A stretch of DNA of 64,000 nucleotides from a virus (lineage: Duplodnaviria; Caudoviricetes). Under the pieces are notes generated by a model. It had not been told where the DNA came from. It did no database searches and was given only the letters and a program-made list of their open reading frames with translations. Below, piece by piece: positions 37,401-46,900 of the stretch. A program made the translations under genes and the position numbers. Numbering within the stretch: position 1 is the first letter of the stretch; the number at the start of each line of letters is the position of its first letter. The stretch lies in IMG/VR virus record IMGVR_UViG_3300022602_000025, one strand, 5' to 3'.

Positions 37401-39535
37401 CTACTGATGACGGCTTAGACATTGGTTTCAAAATGCACTACTACAAGAGCGGTCTTAGCGATAACGCTGCCCTTGTACGTGATAATGCTAGCGGCGAATT
37501 ACATTGGTATGGAAGTGGTGCATCTTCTACAACAACATTCGCTGCATCTAACTTAGGTGCGTTCAGAGCAGGTACACTTTATGCTTCAGGCGGTGTAAAT
37601 GCTACAACTACCAACTCGGGTGACCTACAGGTAAGTGGTGGCGCAGGTATCGGACAAGATTTATATGTAGGCGGTAATGCTTACATTGGTGGCCAAGCTG
37701 TAATTACTACAGCAAGTATTAGTTCTTATGCGGCTACAAGTATCGCTGGTGGCAATTCTGGAATTTATGTAACAACTTCAAACGGAGTTGTATCAATATT
37801 CAATTACGGTGTAAACAGTATCCAAGGAACAACATACTTAGGTGTGAGTGCATCAACAGGATCAGTACTATTAACTAACTTAGGTGTTCAACAGATTACT
37901 ACAGGTAGTGGTATCGTTGTAAGCCAGTCAACAGGCACAGTTAATATTCAAAGTATTGACACACTACAACTTGTTACACAGCGCGGCCAAACAACTAATC
38001 AAGTTATTACACTAACTAATGGCGCAAATGATCCAGTAAGCACATCAAGCAATCAAACATTGATTGTACAAGGTGGTATTGGTGCATTAAGTGTTGCGGC
38101 TAGCGGATTATTTGATAACGGCAACCGTGTAATTACTAGCGTAACTGTTACAGCAGGCAACGGACTAGGCGGTGGCGGTACAATTACAGGACCAACAGGT
38201 GCTGTAACATTAACTAACATGGGTGTTACTAGCCTTGCTAGCGGTACAGATATCACCTTAAGTGCTACAACAGGATCTATAACAGTTAATGATGTTAGCA
38301 CATTACAATCAGTAACAGGCCGCGGTGCAACAACTAACAATGCACTTACAGTATCTAATAATTCATTAGGTACAACTACATCAACAGGCAATGCGTTAAC
38401 TATTGCAGGGTCAATTGGTGCATTACGTGTTAATGCAACTAACGTATTTGACAACGGTGTTCGTGTAATTACAAACGTAACTCCTGTTGCTGGTACAGCA
38501 ATTACTATTTCATCAGTAAGTACTTCAAACGGTACAATGTCATTCACTGTTAATAATGCAGGCGTAACAAGTATTTCTGCAGGAACTGACACAGCCGTAA
38601 CTGGATCAACTGGTGCTATCACAGTATTCAGCACAGCAACACTACAGTCAGTAACTAATCGCGGTGCTACAACTAATAACGTAACTTACTTTACTAATGC
38701 TTCTTCAAGCAGTAACAGTATTTCTGGCAACGCATTACAAGTACCTAATGGCGGTATTGGTGCTGGAACAATTTATGCTACAGGTAATGTGTATGCTCAA
38801 GGATTACAGGTTGCTACGATTTCTTATGTAACAACTAATACCGTTGCCAATATCCAACAAGGTCAAGGTATTGCTGTTACAGCAAACACTGGATCTGTAA
38901 CAGTCAGCAACACAGGTGTAATTGCTGTTCAAGCAGGTACAGATATTAGTATTTCCGGCACAGGATCTTATCCGGGTGCAGGTACTGTAACGGTAACTAA
39001 CACAGCAAACTTACAAACAGTAACACGCCGTGGCGCAACAACACCATATACTGTATCAATTACTAGCTCGTCAAATGCTGTAAGCACCAACTCTGGAGCT
39101 TTACAAGTAACAGGCGGTGTAGGGGTTGGACAAGACGTATGGGTAGGTGGCAATGTTTATGCTACACAATCAGTATTAATTGGTTCTGCGGCTGTTGCGG
39201 CATCGACACTCGGTGCAAGCACTAACTCTAATGCTGTAATTACAGTAGATAGTTACCCAGCATTGACTTATAGAACAGCCAAATATATTGTACAGGTGGT
39301 TGATAGCGGATTTACTCCAAGCAAAGTGCATGTTGAAGAAATTATGGTGTTCCATGATAACAACGGATTAATAACTATTCCGTATATCATCCAATACGGG
39401 TTAGGTTATAATACAACAGAACTAGGTACCTGGAACGCTGTGTACTCAGGAGGTAACATCTTGCTACAATTTACTCCAAGTTATACACCAACTAACATGG
39501 TTGTAAATGCTCAAAGGATAGCTCTAAGTACGTAA
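34412..39535 (+). CDS. Long tail fibre-like protein
   Basis: 1707 aa; 10 TLQSVTxRG-type repeats; N-terminal FPPNPNIGDTY; C-terminal YRTAKYIVQV domain. Confidence 0.8.
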   Translation: MAFFNFPPNPNIGDTYTVGSKTYVWNGYAWTLQATFQATSITVDTITVTSSTNSTATTNGAAVIAGGLGVGRDITVGGSAYIAGDLYVDGTQTVVNTVQIQTGDKNLVLSTSATSALMAINSGIEVGPASSPYITWLYDGVGNWVSSGGVIVDTTASILSNLNATTVTNGALVVKGGVGIGGALYVGGNMYSGGYQVITTANFSSTGVTSVNAGPGISVNHPTGDVIVSNTGVLAIITGSDVTINQPNGYVTLGVTSTLQTVTKRGNSTDQIIYITTTTDSFNTTTGALVVTGGAGFGGTVNIGGSLGVIGIVNASQLYEGGVNRVLTSATIVAGTGLSGGGTITGPGGTVTLTNAGVTSLVASTDLSVSGSTGDITISNTSTLQSVTGRGNVTTNAIGITNLTQSNTPTGGALVVAGGIGVGKDLRVAGTMYQQGNLVIDAVNIFSHAVTSLVASPGLYVDQNQGDITISNYGVLDLSSDGYIGLSNNTGSIYITNLGVQSVTAGVDMSVSANTGTITIDNTSTLQSVTYRGGTTNNAIAITNQTYSASTSNSQALLVSGGIGALMVTASVIFDNGNRVLTNVVPTAGYGIDVTSYTVNGTTASFTIDNLGVTSLTAGTDTAVTANTGDVVVFTTSTLQSVTNRGNATSNAIEIDNISFSSSTIAGNALVVAGGIGAQTLYVAGTIYTNGQAVATTESISTNSVSAIYTGPGISVDNHTGTVTVSNTGVIAIVAGTDVSIDYTGTYPGSGVVTINDTSTFRSVTYKGSTTPYSLSITSSTNATSTTTGALVITGGLGVGRDIWARSMWSNGAQVVTTATLGNLGVSSITAGSGISVSAPTGDITITNTGVTQLNGSTYIGVNNQTGNIIIYNLGVQTLTAGDDLAVSSNTGTVTVSSTATLQSVTNRGSVTSNAISITNVTQSTTMTNGALTVAGGAGISKNLNVGGNSTIYGNLTVVGNASFIGTSTYVSSTNTYYTDNLVDLHVPPSGPMGMWTTDDGLDIGFKMHYYKSGLSDNAALVRDNASGELHWYGSGASSTTTFAASNLGAFRAGTLYASGGVNATTTNSGDLQVSGGAGIGQDLYVGGNAYIGGQAVITTASISSYAATSIAGGNSGIYVTTSNGVVSIFNYGVNSIQGTTYLGVSASTGSVLLTNLGVQQITTGSGIVVSQSTGTVNIQSIDTLQLVTQRGQTTNQVITLTNGANDPVSTSSNQTLIVQGGIGALSVAASGLFDNGNRVITSVTVTAGNGLGGGGTITGPTGAVTLTNMGVTSLASGTDITLSATTGSITVNDVSTLQSVTGRGATTNNALTVSNNSLGTTTSTGNALTIAGSIGALRVNATNVFDNGVRVITNVTPVAGTAITISSVSTSNGTMSFTVNNAGVTSISAGTDTAVTGSTGAITVFSTATLQSVTNRGATTNNVTYFTNASSSSNSISGNALQVPNGGIGAGTIYATGNVYAQGLQVATISYVTTNTVANIQQGQGIAVTANTGSVTVSNTGVIAVQAGTDISISGTGSYPGAGTVTVTNTANLQTVTRRGATTPYTVSITSSSNAVSTNSGALQVTGGVGVGQDVWVGGNVYATQSVLIGSAAVAASTLGASTNSNAVITVDSYPALTYRTAKYIVQVVDSGFTPSKVHVEEIMVFHDNNGLITIPYIIQYGLGYNTTELGTWNAVYSGGNILLQFTPSYTPTNMVVNAQRIALST

Positions 39536-39548
39536 TTATAAAATAGAA

Positions 39549-39583
39549 TAAATACCGTGTAACCAGCCGTTACGTGGAAAGGG
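39549..39583 (+). promoter_or_regulatory. Late promoter plus leader hairpin
   Basis: TAAATA at 39549; CCGTGTAAC-CAGCC-GTTACGTGG stem with two G-U pairs; purine-rich SD. Confidence 0.5.
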
Positions 39584-39589
39584 AAACTA

Positions 39590-42500
39590 ATGGCAAATAA
39601 AGATTTTATCGTCAAAAATGGAGTACAGGTCTTAGGATCTGGATCGGCTCCTTCAACTAGCACTCAAACAGGCGCTCTTGTCGTACAAGGCGGTGTCGGT
39701 ATAGCCAACGATGTTTGGGTAGGCGGAACTTTATATGCCAACGGTGCAAAAGTTTTAACAACATCTACACTAGGAAGTTCTGGTGTATTAAGCATCACAG
39801 CAGGCACAGATACCGCTGTAGTTAATACTTTAGGTGCTTATACAATATGGAACACTTCTACCCTAGCATCTATTACCGGCCGCGGTGCTAGTACTCCAAA
39901 CGCAATCAGTATTACAAATTCAACATCTGCTACATCAAGCAGTACAGGTGCGTTAACAGTAGCGGGCGGTGTTGGTATCCAAGGAACACTATATGTAGGT
40001 GGCACAACCTACATTAATGGCGACTTATGGGTTGACGGTTCTCAAACAATTTTCAACACAACACAAATTCAAACAGCAGATAAGACATTGGTATTATCTA
40101 GCTCTACAACACTTGCAGGCACAGCGGCAGGTAGTGGTATTATTATCGGTAGCACAAGTTCTCCTTTCGTTAGCATGTTATTTGACGGTAGTCAGACATG
40201 GAATATCAAAGGCAACATGGTTCCAACATCAAATTTTGTGTTGGGTACCCTAGCAAATCCGTGGAATACAGTTTACGGAAATCAGTTATACGACAATTCA
40301 AATCGTGTAGTAACAAATGTTACACCATATGCAGGTTCAGGTATAGGTGTTGTTGGATTAATCAGTGGTGGTCCAAGTCCAATCTTTACAATTACCAACA
40401 TGGGTGTTGTAAGTTTATCAGCAGGATCAGGCATCAGTGTATCAGCATCTACTGGTAGTGTTACTGTTTCAAGCACAGATACCTTACAGTCAGTAACTGG
40501 TCGTGGTGCAATTACTCCATATGCAATTAATATTACTAATGCAAGTAGCACAGCCTTCCAAGTAACAGGTACTATTACAGCAGGCGCACTATTTGTAAAC
40601 GGTGCGGCAGCATGGACAACAGCGACCTTAACTAATGTAAGTCAGTTAAACAACGATGCAGGATACTTAACAAGTTCAACTATTGGACTGTTTGGTGTTA
40701 GTGCTATTAATGCTGGAGCAGGTATTTCAGTAAGTGCAAGTACAGGATCTGTTGTAGTTACTAATACAGGTGTGTTGAGTCTATTTGCAGGTACTGACAC
40801 AGCAGTAAGCTCAACTAGCGGTAACATTACAATCTGGGATATTAGTACATTACAATCTGTAACTAATCGCGGATTTACTACAACTAATTTAATTAACATT
40901 ACCAATACCACAACAGGCGGTAGCACTTTAACAAACGCAGTTACTGGCGCATTAACAGTTGCAGGCGGCATTTCTACAAACGAAAGCCTGTGGGTTAACA
41001 GTTACGGAGTAGTAGGCAATCCTACTAATGCAGGATACGGTACATTACAAGTTGGCGGAAACAGTTTAGCTACAGGTACATCTGTTGCATATCAAGTTTC
41101 TTTACAAGGAAGAAACAACTTAGTAGCATCAAGTTTCAGTCCATTTATTAATTGTACCACAGCTACAACTAGCTCAGCAGGAACAATTTTCTCAAGCATT
41201 GGCCTACGACAAATTACAGGCCTAGCAGGAACTAACGTAGCATTTTTCCAACAGTCAATCGCTTATGGTACAAAATATGCACTGAGCATTTATGTAAAAT
41301 ATTCAAGCCTAGTTAACAGTTTCCAAATTGCTGCAGATATTTCAGCGGGTTCAAGTTATGCTAACGTAGTAGTTGATGGAATTTCTCTACAGGTTAGAAG
41401 CGACCTTGGCACAAATCCTGAAGCATATATCACTCGTGTAGGCGGTGGCTTATACAGACTAACAGGTATCATCACTAGTGGTGCTAGCGGCGCCGCTAAA
41501 AATGCTTACGTTTATGCCCTTGGTACATTTGTTGGCACTGAAGTCTTAGTTGCATCACACGTACAATTAGAATATGGCGCCGGTGCAAGTGCTTATACAC
41601 AAACTATTGGATCGGCTGTAGCTACACCAAATAATTTATTTGTTCCAACAGGGCAAGTAATTGTTAATCCAGGCACAAGTAGTTTACCAGGATACTCATT
41701 TACGGGTATAAGCCCCGCGGCTAGCGGATTATACCTAAATGGTGGTATCACTTGGACATTAGGCGGAACTCCGTCTGGAACATTAGCTGCCAGTGGTGTA
41801 CAAATTTTAAGTACTAGCTCGTTCAGTTGGGCAAGTTCAGCAATTAACGGTGCTTCAGATACATATATCTGGCGAGATGGTCCTGGTATTCTATCTGTAC
41901 GTAACGGAAACTCTGCACAAACACTACGAATTTATAATACATTTACAGATGGTCTTAACTACGAACGTGGTTTCGTTCAGTGGACCGGAAATAGATTTAA
42001 TATCGGTAATGAATACGCAGGTACGGGTGCTGCTAGAGGCATAACATTTAATACTCCGTCAGATTTATTATTCCAAACAAATAATACTATCGGTAATGGA
42101 TGGCAAATCGTTACTAGCGGTAGTTTAATTCCTTCAACAACTAATGCGTTTGACCTAGGTAGCACGGCAAACGTAGTCCGTACTGGCTATTTTGGTAATA
42201 CAGCTTCTACAAGTACTATTACTGGTGCTCTTGTTGTAGGTGGTGGTGCAGGTATCGGTGGTAACGTATACATTGGCGGTAACTTAACCGTAGGTGGCGC
42301 TGTTAACATTTACGGATCTATTAACACAGCAACTAACGTAGCTGGCGGAAATGCCGGTCAATTAATATATCAAACAGCACCTGGACTATCTGGATTTGTA
42401 ACAACAGGTACAAATGGTCAAATTTTAATTAGTCAAGGTACAAGCGGTCCGACATTCTTAAGTACATCAAGTGTGTATGTAGGTAATGCCGTAACTGCAA

Positions 42501-43147
42501 ATAACATAGCAGGCGGAACTGCAGGTCAGATCCATTATCAAAGTGCTCCAAACACTACTGCATTCTTTGGTCCAGGCACAGCAGGTCAGGTACACGTAAG
42601 CGGTGGTACTGGTGCACCAGTATATCAAAGTACATTAACACTTGCTGGTACAACATTAGCAACATCAACAACTACAGGTGCTCTTGTAGTAGCAGGCGGA
42701 GTAGGTATTGGCGGAGCATTATATGTTGGCGCAGGTATCGCAAGCACAGCAACTAACAATGGTTCTCTAGTTGTTAATGGTGGTGTTGGTATTAGTGGCG
42801 CCTTAAACGCCGCAACTAAGTCATTCATCATACCTCACCCAACTAAGCCAGGACAAAATTTACGTCACGGTAGCTTAGAAGGCCCTGAGTTTGGTGTTTA
42901 CATTCGCGGACGACTAAACAATGGCAACACAATCCAACTACCTGAATACTGGAGTAAGTTAGTAGATCCTAATACTATTACTGTAGATATAACCCCTGTT
43001 GGAAAATATCAAAAATTATTTGTTAAGACAATTTCTTCAACTGAAATTGTTATTGGTAATGATGCATTACTATCAAACGCTGTAGATTGTTTCTACACAG
43101 TTTACGCAGAACGTGCAGACGTAGACAAACTACAGGTAGAGGGATAA
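39590..43147 (+). CDS. Tail fibre-like protein with internal carbohydrate-binding-like domain and C-terminal chaperone-like domain
   Basis: Fibre repeats; YALSIYVK...YRLT...QLEYGAGASAY segment; C-terminal KSFIIPHP...LRHGSLEGPE.GVYIRG...LPEYW..LV. Confidence 0.75.
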   Translation: MANKDFIVKNGVQVLGSGSAPSTSTQTGALVVQGGVGIANDVWVGGTLYANGAKVLTTSTLGSSGVLSITAGTDTAVVNTLGAYTIWNTSTLASITGRGASTPNAISITNSTSATSSSTGALTVAGGVGIQGTLYVGGTTYINGDLWVDGSQTIFNTTQIQTADKTLVLSSSTTLAGTAAGSGIIIGSTSSPFVSMLFDGSQTWNIKGNMVPTSNFVLGTLANPWNTVYGNQLYDNSNRVVTNVTPYAGSGIGVVGLISGGPSPIFTITNMGVVSLSAGSGISVSASTGSVTVSSTDTLQSVTGRGAITPYAINITNASSTAFQVTGTITAGALFVNGAAAWTTATLTNVSQLNNDAGYLTSSTIGLFGVSAINAGAGISVSASTGSVVVTNTGVLSLFAGTDTAVSSTSGNITIWDISTLQSVTNRGFTTTNLINITNTTTGGSTLTNAVTGALTVAGGISTNESLWVNSYGVVGNPTNAGYGTLQVGGNSLATGTSVAYQVSLQGRNNLVASSFSPFINCTTATTSSAGTIFSSIGLRQITGLAGTNVAFFQQSIAYGTKYALSIYVKYSSLVNSFQIAADISAGSSYANVVVDGISLQVRSDLGTNPEAYITRVGGGLYRLTGIITSGASGAAKNAYVYALGTFVGTEVLVASHVQLEYGAGASAYTQTIGSAVATPNNLFVPTGQVIVNPGTSSLPGYSFTGISPAASGLYLNGGITWTLGGTPSGTLAASGVQILSTSSFSWASSAINGASDTYIWRDGPGILSVRNGNSAQTLRIYNTFTDGLNYERGFVQWTGNRFNIGNEYAGTGAARGITFNTPSDLLFQTNNTIGNGWQIVTSGSLIPSTTNAFDLGSTANVVRTGYFGNTASTSTITGALVVGGGAGIGGNVYIGGNLTVGGAVNIYGSINTATNVAGGNAGQLIYQTAPGLSGFVTTGTNGQILISQGTSGPTFLSTSSVYVGNAVTANNIAGGTAGQIHYQSAPNTTAFFGPGTAGQVHVSGGTGAPVYQSTLTLAGTTLATSTTTGALVVAGGVGIGGALYVGAGIASTATNNGSLVVNGGVGISGALNAATKSFIIPHPTKPGQNLRHGSLEGPEFGVYIRGRLNNGNTIQLPEYWSKLVDPNTITVDITPVGKYQKLFVKTISSTEIVIGNDALLSNAVDCFYTVYAERADVDKLQVEG

Positions 43148-43148
43148 A

Positions 43149-43910
43149 ATGGGAATTAATATAAACACATCTATCGTTACAAATGGATTAACTCTTTGTA
43201 TTGATCCTGCAAATGCTAAATCTTACAACTATTATGGTAATGCAAATACATCTACCTATTTAGATTTAGGTCCATTAGGACTTAATGCAAGTTTAGTTAA
43301 CGGTGCAAAGTACGATAATACATCAACAGGAATTCCAAGTTTTTATTTTAACGGAACAAATAACTACGTATCCATGAATGGTTCTGCTGATTCATTAGCA
43401 TGGACTCCGTTAGGATCAATTGGACAAAGCTCATTCACTTTAGAAGTTTGGGTTAAAACAACAGATGCTCTAGGATACATCATTAGTAAACCGTGGAACG
43501 CAACAGGAGGCTACAACTATTATGTTGCTGGTAATGGTATGACGGTAGCTCCAGTGAATCAATCATTTGAACTAGGTAGTTCTTTAACTATGGGATCAAC
43601 ATATTACAACGGATCTATACATCAGTTAGTAATTTGGATCAGCCCTACACAGTTTGGATATTATCTAGATGGCGGCTACGGTGAACAAGCTTCTGCAGCC
43701 CACGGGTTTACACAAGATAACCCACTAGGTAGAACTGATTCGCAGATTCCGCTAACAATAATGACAGAATATCCATATCCTGGTTTTGGTGGTAACTCAG
43801 CATTATCAATCCAAGGAAATGTATTTTCAATAAAAGCATACAACAGAGTATTAGCGCCAGCTGAAATACAGCAAAACTTTAATGCTCTTAGATCAAGGTT
43901 TGGTCTATGA
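43149..43910 (+). CDS. LamG / concanavalin A-like domain virion protein
   Basis: IVTNGL.LCIDPAN.KSY, FYFNGTNNYV, FTLEVWVKT, YNRVLAPAEIQQNFNALRSRFGL. Confidence 0.85.
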   Translation: MGININTSIVTNGLTLCIDPANAKSYNYYGNANTSTYLDLGPLGLNASLVNGAKYDNTSTGIPSFYFNGTNNYVSMNGSADSLAWTPLGSIGQSSFTLEVWVKTTDALGYIISKPWNATGGYNYYVAGNGMTVAPVNQSFELGSSLTMGSTYYNGSIHQLVIWISPTQFGYYLDGGYGEQASAAHGFTQDNPLGRTDSQIPLTIMTEYPYPGFGGNSALSIQGNVFSIKAYNRVLAPAEIQQNFNALRSRFGL

Positions 43911-43951
43911 GAGTAATTAATGTTGGGCTACAAGCGGTTTTGCCCAGCGAA

Positions 43952-43957
43952 TAAATA
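43952..43957 (+). promoter_or_regulatory. Late promoter core TAAATA
   Basis: Upstream of the 43985 gene, just after a TGGGC/GCCCA inverted repeat. Confidence 0.5.
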
Positions 43958-43984
43958 TTGGTAATATTGTAGAAAAAGAAAACT

Positions 43985-46900
43985 ATGGCCTTAAACGACA
44001 AAAATATTTTAATAACTCCTAACTCAGGATCAAGCACAGTTGATCCAAGTATCCAGTTTGTGGGTGCAAATACAGCTACCAGCGCAACTGTTACAGTTAG
44101 AGTTTACCCTACCAACAGCGGTACCTTATCTGTTGAAGGAAGTTTAGGCCAGTTACTATCGCTTTCAAACAGCTTCACAGGAACATTCTTTAGTGTTAAC
44201 GACATTTCAGGTATTCCAAGTATTACTGTAGCAGATAGCGGGTTAGTACAACTTACTCCATACGGTGGACAAGTTACCGTAGGCGGCACAGCAAACTCTA
44301 CAAGCACAACTACAGGTGCTTTAACAGTAGCTGGCGGACTTGGCATCGGTCAAAACTTATGGGTAGGCGGAAATGCCACCGTTGTCGGTACATTGTTTGC
44401 TGCGATCAGCGGTAGTGTAACTACAGCAACTAATATCCAAAATGGTGGACAAGGTCAAATACCCTTCCAAGTTAATCCGGGTGTTACAAGTTTCTTTGGT
44501 CCAGGAGTAGCAGGACAACTATTAGTTTCAGCAGGGACAACTTCAACTGGTCCTGTGTTTACAACAACTTCTAGTATATTTGTTGGGTATGCGAATACTT
44601 CGAATATTGCAACAAATATCGCAGGTGGATTACCTAATCAAATTCATTACCAGTCATCAACTGGTACAACTTCATTCATTGTTGCTCCAACAATTTCTAG
44701 CACATACTTGTTCTGGAACGGAACTTCATTTAGCTGGACAAATAATCTTCCAGGAACAACTAGCACATTCGTAATTAACAACGCCACACAAAGCGTTGGA
44801 ACAAACTCGGGTGCTCTACAGATTGTTAATGGTGGTGCTGGCATTGGCGGCAACATCAATGTTGGTGGTAGTGGTCGTGTTACAGGTAACTTTACAGTTA
44901 CCAGCACATTAACAGCCGCTAGCGCATTTTCTGCAGCATTAACTGTAGGTGGTGGTATTGCTGTTGGCGACAACATGTATATCGCTAACGGATTGAATGT
45001 TGGTGGAAACGCATTAATCACAGGCAACTTAACTGTTAACGGAACAGCAACTTACGTATATTCAACAAATACATATTTTACTGATAACATAATTGAACTA
45101 CATGTTCCACCAGGTGGCGTAGGTAGTACATGGTCAGTAGATGATGGCAAAGACATCGGTCTTCGTTTCCATTATTACGGTAGTGGCGCAGATCAAAACG
45201 GTGCATTAGTATTAACTGACAGTAACAAATATCTAACATGGTTTTCAACTGGATATGAAAATACAGCCAGTGATTTTACAGGTGCAACATACGGATTCTT
45301 TAAAGCAGGCGCATTAATTGCTGCGAACCCAAGTAACGCAATTGGTACTACTGGTTCAGGTGCCCTACAAGTAGCAGGTGGTGCTGGCATTGGCCTAGAC
45401 CTATGGGTTGGTGGCACAATCTACGCAAATAATTCTGTTGTATTAACAGCGGCTACACTAGGTAACTATGGTATCGCACAAATTGTTGCAGGTACTGACA
45501 CAGCCGTAAGTACAGCCACTGGTGCTGTTACAATATGGAACACAAGTACATTACAGTCAATTACTAATCGTGGCGCAACAACTACTAACATAATCACTAT
45601 TGCAAATAACTCGCCGCTGAACGTTAATTCATCAGCATCTGGTGCGTTAGTAGTACAAGGCGGCCAAACTATTTTAGATAGTTTGTTAGTTGGTAACTCA
45701 GTATATGTTAAAAATACTGTAACATCTATTGCAGGGTTCTTTGGAAACTTAACAGGTATTGCTTCAACAGCAACAAATTTACAAGGCGGTACAGTTGGTC
45801 AAATACCTTATCAATCTTCAATCGGTGTTACTAACTTCTTTGGTCCTGGTACATTAGGACAAATATTAACCAGCGGTGGCGCAGGAACTCCTGTATATGT
45901 TAGCACAGGCAACATTTATGTAGGTTATGCAACATCAGCAACTACCATCATGGGTGGTACAGCTGGTGCATTATTGTATCAATCTACATTTAATCAAACT
46001 TCATTCTTAGGTATCGGTACTAACGGTACTATTTTAACATCAAATGGTTCAAATCCACAATGGACATCAATCAGTGGACTAAGTGCAGGTACAGCAAATA
46101 CCGCAACTAATATCGCTAATGGCGGTCCTGGACAGATACCATTCCAGCTTTCCGCAGGTTCAACTAGTTTCGTAGGTACAGGCACAGCGGGTCAACTGTT
46201 AATGAGCAGTGGCACAAGCGGTCCATCATTTGTTAACACCAGCGGAATTTATGTCGGTTATTCAAATAACTCAATCAATTCAGTAAACCTTGTTGGCGGA
46301 ACAGCAGGACAATTACCTTATCAAGTTACACCAGGTGTAACTAGTTTTACTGGCCCTGGTACATCGGGTCAATTATTATCTAGTAACGGAACATCAGCAC
46401 CGACTTATGTAACTACTACAACATTATATGTTGGTTCAGCACTATACGCTAACCAACTATACGGTGGACAAGCAGGTGCATTGGTATTACAAACAGCATC
46501 TAGCCAAACAGGATTCTTAGCTGCTGGATCAACCGGTTCAATACTAGTAAGTGTTGGACCTAACTCAAGTCCAGCTTATACAACTACAGCAAATATCTAT
46601 GTTAATAGTGCTGTAAACTCACAGAATTTAATTGGTGGCTCTACTGGCGCATTACCTTATCAGTCTGCTCCAAACACTACATCATTCCTAAGTATTGGTA
46701 CTAACGGATATGTACTAACATCGTCTGGAACTGGCCCAACATGGCAATCAGTTAGCGGATTATCAGCAGGTTCTGCAAGCACAGCAAGTAATATTGCGGG
46801 CGGTACAACAGGACAAATAGTATATCAAACAAACACTGGATCAACTAGCTTTGCTGGTCCAGGTACACTAGGTCAATTATTAGTTTCACAAGGCGCAAAC

